The notes under the pieces were generated by a model. That model did no database searches, was not told the DNA's origin, and worked only from the letters and a program-made list of their open reading frames with translations. Both the position numbers and the translations under genes were made by a program. Positions 16,414 to 25,770 of a stretch of DNA of 43,704 nucleotides are shown here, one piece after another. Origin of the DNA: Promethearchaeota archaeon (GTDB taxonomy: Archaea > Asgardarchaeota > Lokiarchaeia > Sigyniarchaeales > SOKP01). The stretch covers positions 1-43,704 of the forward strand of contig JAEOTS010000175.1 in assembly GCA_016839745.1 (NCBI GenBank), read 5' to 3'. Every line of letters starts with the position of its first letter. The stretch's first letter is position 1.

Positions 16414-18678
16414 CTATTTGATAGGTTTAATCAATTTAAATTCAATTAACGATTCTAATGCGTTGATAATTTCATCTTCGTTTTTATCTGTTTCCCTTTC
16501 AAGGATATCCATCAATTTAAAATGGCTTTTCTCCTTTAAAATCGAAAACACGGTGTTCATAATCTGGAATTCAAATTTGGAAAGGTTCAATTTCTTCTTA
16601 TACTTTAAAATCTCTGATTCTTGAATATTGACTTTAAATGGATCTTTGTAATAAATATCAAAATACTCATAGATTAAGGGTCGTAGGATTTCATCCATGC
16701 TACTAAGATCGTTGTTCGAATTCTTTAATCTATCTGATATCTTTAAATATAGTGCAAAACTAAAATGAACCAGAATTTCCTTTAAGCGTTTAGAAGATTT
16801 GGACTTTAAAATGAGAACCATCCGTAATTCTTCCACATCCAAAACAAGACAGTAAAATTGCTTTAAATCTAGTTCTACAACTTTATGAAAATCAATTTTA
16901 TCTTTGGATTTCTTCATTTTTTCTTCCTTTTTATTAGTTCTCGTCATTTCTTCGCCAATAATCGACACAGCTTGGATAAATCCTGAAAATAGCGTTTTCT
17001 TTCCTTTCATAATTGAAGAATAACTATGAGAATATAAAGGAAGTCCACTAGGCTTATGCATAGCTATAATTGCTTGTAGATTTCTTATGTCTTTGAATTT
17101 TTGGGTCCTTAGTACTAAATAAGATTTCTTTCTCTGCTGCCGTGGTAATATAACATATGATCTCACGCTTAAAACTCCTAATATGCCAATAATCACGAAT
17201 AATACGGTTATAAACAACCATAATAACAATACTGATATATCTCCCTCAGGAATAAATTCGATATATGAGATTTCAAGAAACACGTCATCAATAGAAATGT
17301 TTATGATTTCATTAAAAATAAATTCATCCCCAAGATAGAGTTGAATTTTTATAGAAACATTTTCTTCTTTTGAAATTAAGGAAATGATATCATAACCCCC
17401 TAATTTTGCTTCTTGATATAAACCAGTAATGTTTGTATCAATTAACTTATCTGGGTCTAAAATCTTAATATTATTTACCATAATTCTTATATCAGAATTA
17501 GAAGATAATGAGGAAGGCCAGAATTTATCAATTTTGTATTTGAAATTAAGCTTTGCTCCTATAATATCAATTTGATAATCGCTCAAATCTTCGATTTTAT
17601 TCCCAATTTGACTCCACGATAATGAAGTAAATTTATCGATCTTTTTCTCGTATATAAATGTAAGGTTTATCGATTTTATAGTTAAAATCTGCCACCAGTC
17701 GCTATCCTGAGGAAAATTATCCTCGCACCAAATTCTCATACCAATAGTTAATGTGAAATTACGGTTATCTGAATTAAGCACTGAGGTTAAAAATATGATT
17801 AAATCCTCTTCAGAGATCGAGATCAATTCAGTATCGCTTAGGTCAGGTATTTCCGGACTGGAATCCTGACCTAATTCAAAAGTTTGATAATGAGCGATTT
17901 CATAATTTTTACTTCTTTCTAAATCCGAAATTTTAACATAGAACCTTGTATAATCTCCAGAAGAATACTCGTCACAAATATCATTGGCCGTTTCTATACC
18001 GTCAGAATAATCAGGAGGATCAGCAGAAAAGGTTTCAACACTTCCGTTAACTATTGCAGATATTTGTGCTGATGTAATTATATAGTCAGACACATCAACA
18101 GGCATAGTTAAATTTTTGTTCCAATTTATTGCCACTGATTGATCTGGACCTTCATTCCAATAATGGGAGACACAGGCACCATTTGAATCAAACCAATACC
18201 AATCAGGGAAAGATGGAAACTCCGGGTTTAGAGTATGATTCCAATCAGAAGCAAGAGGCGGATCAGCAATAAAAGAAAAGGTATTCTGAGCTCCCATTAC
18301 ATTAAAATTGGCGACACCTTGATTTATAGTGGCGTTCACATCCGTTTCATCTCCTTCAACACTGCAATTCCAACAACCTATAGGGGAATCAAACGAGGGG
18401 TCTTCTAATATTTGCGTTGTATAATAATTTTCACTTTGAGTGTGTAAAGTTGATATTTCTTCTCCTTGTGATTCTGGAAATTGAATTGAATTTAAGAAAA
18501 TACTCATTAAGAAAATAACTATTAATATGAAACCTACTCTCTTTATCTTTTTTAAGTTTGAAATTAACTCTACACCTTTGCAATAAATCTGAAAAATCGA
18601 TACCTTAACCCTTATCTGGACAAAAAAATGATAATACCTAAAATATTTATATTTAAGCATTTTTAACAGTTTTATCAA
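16414..18678 (-). CDS. single-pass membrane protein: signal/anchor, acidic extracellular beta-rich region, TM, cytoplasmic longin-like and winged-helix domains (true start probably 18564)
   Basis: KKIKRVGFILIVIFL signal; TM LLLWLFITVLFVIIGILGVL; AIIAMHKPSGLPLYS...LFSGFIQAV longin/roadblock-like signature; C-terminal EIINALESLIEFKLI wHTH-like. Confidence 0.7.
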   Translation of the reverse strand: MIKLLKMLKYKYFRYYHFFVQIRVKVSIFQIYCKGVELISNLKKIKRVGFILIVIFLMSIFLNSIQFPESQGEEISTLHTQSENYYTTQILEDPSFDSPIGCWNCSVEGDETDVNATINQGVANFNVMGAQNTFSFIADPPLASDWNHTLNPEFPSFPDWYWFDSNGACVSHYWNEGPDQSVAINWNKNLTMPVDVSDYIITSAQISAIVNGSVETFSADPPDYSDGIETANDICDEYSSGDYTRFYVKISDLERSKNYEIAHYQTFELGQDSSPEIPDLSDTELISISEEDLIIFLTSVLNSDNRNFTLTIGMRIWCEDNFPQDSDWWQILTIKSINLTFIYEKKIDKFTSLSWSQIGNKIEDLSDYQIDIIGAKLNFKYKIDKFWPSSLSSNSDIRIMVNNIKILDPDKLIDTNITGLYQEAKLGGYDIISLISKEENVSIKIQLYLGDEFIFNEIINISIDDVFLEISYIEFIPEGDISVLLLWLFITVLFVIIGILGVLSVRSYVILPRQQRKKSYLVLRTQKFKDIRNLQAIIAMHKPSGLPLYSHSYSSIMKGKKTLFSGFIQAVSIIGEEMTRTNKKEEKMKKSKDKIDFHKVVELDLKQFYCLVLDVEELRMVLILKSKSSKRLKEILVHFSFALYLKISDRLKNSNNDLSSMDEILRPLIYEYFDIYYKDPFKVNIQESEILKYKKKLNLSKFEFQIMNTVFSILKEKSHFKLMDILERETDKNEDEIINALESLIEFKLIKPIK

Positions 18679-18737
18679 TCATCTGAAATCCATTGTTCAA
18701 ATAATCTTTATTTACATTAACAACATTAATATTAAAT

Positions 18738-20363
18738 ATGTTAGACTCAGAAAAAAAATATATACTTGCGATAGATCATGGCACGGGGGGACCTAAGACC
18801 GCTATCGTCTCAACCCATGGTGAAGTTGTTGATTGGGCGTTTCAAGAAGTTCCTTTACACGTAGAAAAGGGAGGTGGCGTTGAGCAAGACCCAAATGATT
18901 GGTGGAACGCAATTATTAAAACATCTAAAAAAGTTATAGATAGTGGACAAGTCTCAGTTAAAGATATTGTAGGCGTTTCCAATACGAGTCAATGGAGTGG
19001 TACAATCCCATTAGATAAGAATGGAAATCATTTAATGAATGCGATAATTTGGATGGATACGCGAGGAGCTCCTTATATTAAAGATGTTTATAAAGGTTTA
19101 ATAAAATTCTCTGGAATGAATATACTAAAAGCGTTAAAATGGGTAAAGAGAACTGGTGCTGCTCCTGGCTTAAGCGGTAAAGATCCAATAGCACATATGT
19201 TATTGATAAAACACGAATATCCTGAAATTTTTGAAAAAACTTATATGTTTTTGGAACCCCAAGATTATATAAATCTAAAGTTAACTGGCAAGTTTGCTTC
19301 TTCTTACACAACTATAGGAGCACATTGGTTAACAGATATAAGAAAGATCAATAACATAAAGTATTCTAAAAAGCTAATTAAAATGTGCAAATTAGATCAG
19401 AATAAATTACCCTCTGAATTAGTAAATTCTACTGACATTCTTGGGCAAATAACAAACGAAGTTGCTAACGAATTAGGATTGGAAAAGAATGTTAAAGTTA
19501 TAGCAGGAGCTCCTGATCTTGCAACCGCTGCAATTGGATCGGGTGCCGTTAAAAACTACGATACACATATTTATATTGGCACGAGTGACTGGGTAATTTG
19601 TCACGTACCCTTTAAAAAAACAGATATTTTCCATGGCATTGGAACAATTTTATCTGGAATCCCTGGTAGATATTTTGCAATTAATGAACAAGAAATTGCT
19701 GGCGGAGCATTATCATTTTTAAGGGATAAAATTTTATATCATAAAGATGAATTGCTAAGAGAAGAAGCTGTACCAGATGTCTATAAAATTTTCGATAGAA
19801 TGGTAGAAAATGTACCTGCTGGTTCAAATAATCTTATTTTTACCCCTTGGCTTATTGGAGAAAGATCACCTGTTGACGATCACACAATTAGAGGCGGAAT
19901 TTATAACCTTTCTTTAGAGATGTCAAGAGAGCATTTGATTAGAGCTATATTTGAAGGAGTTGCGTATAATATAAAATGGTTGTTTATTTATCTTGAGAAA
20001 TTAATCCAAAAATGGAAAATAAAAGATACTCCAGGAATGTCGAAAAAAGACATTGTTATACCAGAAGTGAGGATGATCGGTGGAGGAGCTAATAGTAAAA
20101 TTTGGTGTCAAATTTTTGCGGATGTTCTCAACAGAACTGTCAATCAAGTTAAAGATCCCATTCAAGCAAATGCTCGTGGAGCTGCTTTTATCGCTTCAGT
20201 GGGACTGGGCTACCTTACCTGGGATCAAATTCCTGATTTAATCCAGTACTCCAATATCTTCACGCCTAATCCCGAAAATAGAGCGATTTACGATAAGCTT
20301 TTTAGTGAATTCACAAACATCTATAAAATCATGAAAAAAACATATAAACGCTTAAATGAATAA
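18738..20363 (+). CDS. FGGY family carbohydrate kinase (xylulokinase-like)
   Basis: LAIDHGTGGPK, EQDPNDWW, IIWMDTR, GTSDW, PWLIGERSP, RAIFEGVAY, GGGA. Confidence 0.92.
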   Translation: MLDSEKKYILAIDHGTGGPKTAIVSTHGEVVDWAFQEVPLHVEKGGGVEQDPNDWWNAIIKTSKKVIDSGQVSVKDIVGVSNTSQWSGTIPLDKNGNHLMNAIIWMDTRGAPYIKDVYKGLIKFSGMNILKALKWVKRTGAAPGLSGKDPIAHMLLIKHEYPEIFEKTYMFLEPQDYINLKLTGKFASSYTTIGAHWLTDIRKINNIKYSKKLIKMCKLDQNKLPSELVNSTDILGQITNEVANELGLEKNVKVIAGAPDLATAAIGSGAVKNYDTHIYIGTSDWVICHVPFKKTDIFHGIGTILSGIPGRYFAINEQEIAGGALSFLRDKILYHKDELLREEAVPDVYKIFDRMVENVPAGSNNLIFTPWLIGERSPVDDHTIRGGIYNLSLEMSREHLIRAIFEGVAYNIKWLFIYLEKLIQKWKIKDTPGMSKKDIVIPEVRMIGGGANSKIWCQIFADVLNRTVNQVKDPIQANARGAAFIASVGLGYLTWDQIPDLIQYSNIFTPNPENRAIYDKLFSEFTNIYKIMKKTYKRLNE

Positions 20364-20385
20364 ATATAAAAAAAAATTAAAAAAA
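20364..20385 (-). terminator. oligo-T terminator (minus strand) between the convergent kinase and ligase genes
   Basis: A9 and A7 runs on + strand directly after the ligase stop. Confidence 0.45.
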
Positions 20386-22245
20386 TTATCCTTTTATTTC
20401 TTTTCCACTTTTCATTTTATCGATATCTTTTTCTTGAAGTTCTCTACGTTGTACTTTTCCAGTCATACTTACGGGAAGCTTCCTAACAACTTCAATCAGT
20501 CGTGGACTTTTCCACTTCGCCATGTTTTCTAAGCACCAGTTTTTAATATCCTCGATTTCAATATTTTTCCCTACTTTATATCCCTGCTTAAGAGTTATCC
20601 ACGCTTTAACTTTTTCTCCAGTTTGATCATCTGGTAAACCAGCAACTGCAACCTCATCAATCGCAGGATGATTTCCCATGAGTTCTTCAACTTCCTTCGG
20701 GAATACAGAATGGCCAGAGACCTTAATCAGAGATTTTTTACGATCTCGTATTTCCACCCAACCATGGTCATCCATAAAGCCAATATCACCAGTAAGAAGC
20801 CAACGTTTTCCACCCCAGAATTTTAAGTTATCTTCTTGTTCTTTTTGTTCTCCTAAATAGCCTAACATAATATGTGGACCTGCACAACATATTTCTCCTG
20901 TGTTTTCAACTCCAAATCCTCCAAGTTCTTTAGTTCCGTCACATATAGGTCCTGCTTCAAAGTTGTCGGAGGGAAATATTGCCCAATCTGCGCCTGGTAT
21001 CGGTAATCCCAACTTTCCAGCTTTTGTTGGGCCCCAGAAGGGAGCTATACTTTGCATTGGAGAGGTTTCCGTTAATCCATATCCTGAACGTATCGAACAA
21101 AATATCTCCTCAAATGGATCTTTTACATAGGAGTGTAGTGGTCCCGCTCCTTGTGTAGCATATCTCAATTTTTCCCAAAAATCGTATTTTTTCTTAAATT
21201 CTTCCACTCCCATTTCGTGTATGAAATCAGTAAGTCTTTTAAATAACATTTCAACTCCAGTATACATTATTCCTTCAGGAGCATCAAGTTTATTTATAGT
21301 TTCGCATAAAACATCATCTGTAGGAGGCTTTGGAAATAATAACATGACCATTCCTAACCCAAGGGCGGCATTCATTACACAGGTTAGCCCAAAACTATGG
21401 AAAAATGGTATAGATCCAATAGTTATCATCCCTGCTTTCAATTTTGTCCAATCCTTTGCCATATTTAAGTTTGCACTTAAATTTGAATGTGAAAGTCTTG
21501 CAACCTTCGGTAATCCTGTAGTCCCCCCAGTCATTAAATAGACAGCAGGATCTGTCCATGGGTTAATTTCTACTTTTATCTCCTTTGGCTCTGTTTCTTT
21601 AATAATCTTTTGCATCCAGTAAACTTTATAATGCTCAGTTTCATCAGGGATCTTACCTTTTGCACTAGGAATACCTAGTTTTTCAATAATAGCCTCATCA
21701 GCAGTGAGAAAATCAACAAAATTAGATGGAATTAAAAATTTCACACTACTTTTCGGTAAAATTGTATTCGGACCAGCTATGTATAACATATCCATTAACA
21801 CTAATACTTTCGCTTTTGTCATTGTTAAAGAATGCAAAAGTTCCATCGGTTTGTACGTAGGATTAATACCTTGTGCAATGGCACCTATATATTGACATCC
21901 CATATAAGCAACAACGAAATTTATAGAGTTGGGGAGATCTATTGCAACAACATCTCCTTTTCTAATTCCTAATGTATCATAGAGAAATGTACCAAATCTC
22001 CTTGCGTAATCAAAGAGAGTTTTAAGTTTTACACGTTCTATATATGGTCCATAGGCGAAAATGCATGAATCTTGATCCCACGTTTCGTATGTGTTAGCAG
22101 CATCTATGAAATAGTCCCATAATGGTAGGATTTTGACGTCTTCTACATCCTTTAGCTGGTGTGGTACCCCTTCTGGCCAATATCCTCCAGTGAACCATAC
22201 TTTATTCTCATCTACAAGAAACTCTTGATCACTTATACTTCTCAT
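20386..22245 (-). CDS. long-chain fatty acid--CoA ligase (AMP-binding)
   Basis: MTGGTTGLPK, GYGLTE, TGDIG, DRKK.LIK.SG, TGKVQR. Confidence 0.93.
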   Translation of the reverse strand: MRSISDQEFLVDENKVWFTGGYWPEGVPHQLKDVEDVKILPLWDYFIDAANTYETWDQDSCIFAYGPYIERVKLKTLFDYARRFGTFLYDTLGIRKGDVVAIDLPNSINFVVAYMGCQYIGAIAQGINPTYKPMELLHSLTMTKAKVLVLMDMLYIAGPNTILPKSSVKFLIPSNFVDFLTADEAIIEKLGIPSAKGKIPDETEHYKVYWMQKIIKETEPKEIKVEINPWTDPAVYLMTGGTTGLPKVARLSHSNLSANLNMAKDWTKLKAGMITIGSIPFFHSFGLTCVMNAALGLGMVMLLFPKPPTDDVLCETINKLDAPEGIMYTGVEMLFKRLTDFIHEMGVEEFKKKYDFWEKLRYATQGAGPLHSYVKDPFEEIFCSIRSGYGLTETSPMQSIAPFWGPTKAGKLGLPIPGADWAIFPSDNFEAGPICDGTKELGGFGVENTGEICCAGPHIMLGYLGEQKEQEDNLKFWGGKRWLLTGDIGFMDDHGWVEIRDRKKSLIKVSGHSVFPKEVEELMGNHPAIDEVAVAGLPDDQTGEKVKAWITLKQGYKVGKNIEIEDIKNWCLENMAKWKSPRLIEVVRKLPVSMTGKVQRRELQEKDIDKMKSGKEIKG

Positions 22246-22386
22246 TTTTTATCCTCTAATTGTGGTTTTTTAAAATTATACTAGTAAAATTTTCTAATAT
22301 TATAATATTTTTGATATACTATACTATAATAATTTAACTTGATTTCAATTAAGGACAACATCAGTGTCTTACTTGTTTGATAACAT

Positions 22387-23244
22387 ATGGGATTTAAAGA
22401 TAAGCTTAAGGACGCGTTGGTAGGAATCCTAACTAATGAAGAATTATCAGTTCTTCCGCGAGGATTTCAAACCATTAGTGATGTGGTAATAATAAAACTA
22501 AATTCTATATTGCTGGGGAAAAAAAATTTAATTGCAGAAAAATACTTAGAATTATTACCTAGCATTAAATCCGTTTATTTGAACTCGGGAAGGGTAAAAG
22601 GTAAATTTAGAACTCCGGAAAAGATAGAATATTTAGTTGGTGTAGAAGATTCCGTTGTGAAACATAAAGAGCATGGAGTGATCTATAAATTTGATTTTAC
22701 TAAAATAATGTTTAGTATGGGAAATCTAAGTGAAAGGAAATTTCTGGCTACTTTAGTAGAAGACGGAGAAACAATAGTAGATATGTTTGCTGGTATCGGT
22801 TATTTCTCCTTACCTATAGCAAAACACTCAAAACCTAAAAAGATATATAGTATAGAGTTGAATCCGGAATCCTTTAAATTTCTGAATGAGAACATAAAGC
22901 TTAATCATTTTAAGGATATAATTACTCCAATAAAAGGAGATAGTAAGATTGAAGTAACAAACTTGAGTAAATCAGGAGTTAAAGCTGATCGTGTTATTAT
23001 GGGAGTATTTCCCGCCCCAAAAGACTTTATTGAAGAAGCGTTAACGCTAGCTAAAGTTGAAGGTACAATTTACCATTATGAGGGAATTGTTGACAAAGAA
23101 AAATATTTAGTTTTGTTTGATGAGTTTAAAGAAATCGCTGAAAAAAGTGATTTTAGATGCAATTTGTTAGCAAAGAGGTTTGTAAAAAGTTACGGTCCTG
23201 GTTTATACCATACTGTTTTTGATATAAAAGTATATAAAAAATGA
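22387..23244 (+). CDS. taw2: tRNA(Phe) 4-demethylwyosine aminocarboxypropyltransferase (Trm5/Tyw2 family)
   Basis: HKEHGV.Y, KIMFSMGN, DMFAGIGYFSLPIA, ELNP, ADRVIMG, VKSYGPG. Confidence 0.78.
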   Translation: MGFKDKLKDALVGILTNEELSVLPRGFQTISDVVIIKLNSILLGKKNLIAEKYLELLPSIKSVYLNSGRVKGKFRTPEKIEYLVGVEDSVVKHKEHGVIYKFDFTKIMFSMGNLSERKFLATLVEDGETIVDMFAGIGYFSLPIAKHSKPKKIYSIELNPESFKFLNENIKLNHFKDIITPIKGDSKIEVTNLSKSGVKADRVIMGVFPAPKDFIEEALTLAKVEGTIYHYEGIVDKEKYLVLFDEFKEIAEKSDFRCNLLAKRFVKSYGPGLYHTVFDIKVYKK

Positions 23245-23358
23245 TTTCAAAAATTATCTGCAATTTTAGATAGAAATAAATTTAAATTACTAAAATTGTG
23301 TTATGTAAGTAATTATAATATCTAATTTGAGAACTCGCTGAATCTAAAGGCAGAGAAT

Positions 23359-24138
23359 ATGTATTTTCAAAGTTTAAGTGAATTAGCAAAAATTTCAGGT
23401 TTAACCGCTCTAATTTCCGTAACAATAAGTTCCTTTTTAGGTTTAATTGTTTTGATAAAATATTTTAAAACTAGGCAGTTTTTAATACTTAACTTCTTTT
23501 TATGTATCATTTTTACATCATCTCCTTGGTATCCAAGTGGATTGGGATACTTATTTTGGATTATCACTGGAGAGGTTCTAATTTATCAAGGGTATGTCCT
23601 TATTGGCACCGTAGCAATACCCATTGCTATTATAGCTTGGCTAAATGTATATTTGTCAACATTGAATCCAAAAATAAAGAAACCAGTACTAATCATATAT
23701 GGAATACTATCGATTTTCTTTGAGGTATATTTATTTTATTTTCTCATATTTGCTCCTGGAGCACCTGTTGATTCATTATTAGGAGTTATACCTGATCCGA
23801 ATAATCCTATGGATATAGATTATAAGGGATTTGTATTGATATTTTTAGGTTTGAGTATTTTGACTGCTTGCATAACAGGATTTCATTTTGCTGCAAAATC
23901 TATGAATAAAGAAGAACATCCCGAGATAAGATGGAAAGGAAGGTTTCTTCTGGTTGCTTTTTTACTTTTTGGAATCTCTGCTATATCTGATGCTATAGTT
24001 GAAATGAATCCCTTTTTATTAGTTTTAATGAGAGGTATCTTAGTGGTAGCTAATATTTTCTTCTATCTCGGATTTATCCTTCCAAAATGGAGTAAAAAAC
24101 TCCTCAAAATTAAAGAAGATTCACTGCTAACTAATTGA
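23359..24138 (+). CDS. stand-alone 7TM membrane protein (probable paralogue of 6822)
   Basis: about 7 TM helices; IRWKGRFLLVAF before TM6; FYLGFILP at the end of TM7. Confidence 0.75.
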   Translation: MYFQSLSELAKISGLTALISVTISSFLGLIVLIKYFKTRQFLILNFFLCIIFTSSPWYPSGLGYLFWIITGEVLIYQGYVLIGTVAIPIAIIAWLNVYLSTLNPKIKKPVLIIYGILSIFFEVYLFYFLIFAPGAPVDSLLGVIPDPNNPMDIDYKGFVLIFLGLSILTACITGFHFAAKSMNKEEHPEIRWKGRFLLVAFLLFGISAISDAIVEMNPFLLVLMRGILVVANIFFYLGFILPKWSKKLLKIKEDSLLTN

Positions 24139-24143
24139 AGTTA

Positions 24144-25601
24144 TTACCGGGGTTCTTCTTGTTGCTTATTAATTAACGAGGATGCTCTCTTTTTCATAGC
24201 TTCATTTATTTCTATGTAATCTTTTTTAGCGGTAAAGAAAAGCGGAACCCATAGACAAGTAGAGAATATTCCAAATATTAGAAAGGACCAAAAAATTGTC
24301 GCAGAAAAACTACCAGTTAATGTTACGACGAAACCACCTATAATTGCGCCTAAGGCTCGTCCGATGGAATCAATAAAAGCCCCAACTGCGACCATAGTTC
24401 CTCGATTCTCTGGGAAATTGACATCAATTAGAGAAGAATAATAGTTAGGACCAATTCCCATCGTGAAAGCGAGGCCTACACCTAAAAATGAACAATAGAC
24501 TAACCAAAAAATCCAAAACCCAATTTCATTAACCAGTAACGTCCCAAAAAAGAAAGTAGAGTTTGAAACATTAGGTGTCATCGCAAATCCAAATAAAAAG
24601 AAGGGCAAATTCAAAATAGAACAAATAACAGCTATTTTCACCCTACCAGAAAGATCTCCACGCTGAACTCTTTTATCTCCTAAATGTGCGAGCCAAAATT
24701 GGCCAATTATTAATCCTAAGATTATAATAAAAAGAAACAAAATAATTACTTTGATATCTATAACACTAACACCAATTTCAAGCTGAATGTAAGGGAATAT
24801 GTAAGCTAATACTAAACCAGAAGCAATCACATCAAAAAAATTAAATATCAAGAAGAAGTTTGATTTTCTTTTAAAAATGAATTTTAAATCTGATAATTTA
24901 ATCTTGTAGGAATACTGAATTTTCTCGTCTGAAAAAACTTCTTCTAATTGTTTTTCTTTTGCTGCTCTTTTAGGCTCTACGGTAACGAAATAATTAAGGA
25001 CTGTTAATAAGAGAGCAACGATACCAAGATAAAAATACGGTAAACGCCAAGTATAGAGTATATTGGGATAAGTCAGGGCAATAAAGTCGATTTTTTCAGA
25101 GATAGTATCAAAAACTAAAGCTTCGAAATCTATTTCATTAAACGCTAACGCAATTACTCCTGCTACCAATGATCCAATATTTGTTATCAATCCCCAAAAT
25201 GCGAAAGATTTTGAACGCGAATCGGAGGAGATTATGTCTGCGAAATATGAAATTACAAGTGGAGTGGTTACGCTTACGGCGATTGCTGCTACTATCCTGA
25301 CAAGCACTAATTGCCAAAATTCTTCCACAAATATATGCAGTATAGCCGTTAATGACCACAATACCCCAGCAAGCATCAAAATCTTTTTTCTCTCTATCCT
25401 ATCGGTTAAATATCCGAATATTAAAATTGAGATACCATTTACAATCGTATAAATGCTTATGATAATTCCTAGAGCGTCAAAATATATACCCAAATCAGCC
25501 GCGATTAGTACCTCATTAGGCAGAAACAAACCACTGTCCATTGTAATGATTAGAATTAACGTCAAAAAGAAAAATAACGAAACCAACTTTCTTTTCTTCA
25601 T
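24144..25601 (-). CDS. MFS transporter
   Basis: motif A GYLTDRIERK; DVNFPENRG; about 12 TM helices. Confidence 0.9.
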   Translation of the reverse strand: MKKRKLVSLFFFLTLILIITMDSGLFLPNEVLIAADLGIYFDALGIIISIYTIVNGISILIFGYLTDRIERKKILMLAGVLWSLTAILHIFVEEFWQLVLVRIVAAIAVSVTTPLVISYFADIISSDSRSKSFAFWGLITNIGSLVAGVIALAFNEIDFEALVFDTISEKIDFIALTYPNILYTWRLPYFYLGIVALLLTVLNYFVTVEPKRAAKEKQLEEVFSDEKIQYSYKIKLSDLKFIFKRKSNFFLIFNFFDVIASGLVLAYIFPYIQLEIGVSVIDIKVIILFLFIIILGLIIGQFWLAHLGDKRVQRGDLSGRVKIAVICSILNLPFFLFGFAMTPNVSNSTFFFGTLLVNEIGFWIFWLVYCSFLGVGLAFTMGIGPNYYSSLIDVNFPENRGTMVAVGAFIDSIGRALGAIIGGFVVTLTGSFSATIFWSFLIFGIFSTCLWVPLFFTAKKDYIEINEAMKKRASSLINKQQEEPR

Positions 25602-25770
25602 ATTTAAGATCCACTTTTAATAATTTGTAAAATTAATTTTATTTCGTCGTAATCTTATAAGAAGGTTGCTTTTTTTCGAAGAGATACTTTTAAATGTATA
25701 AGTATCAAAACTAGTAAATACTAAATTTATTTTTATAAAAAAGTAAAGTAAATTGAGGATATGGTGAAAA

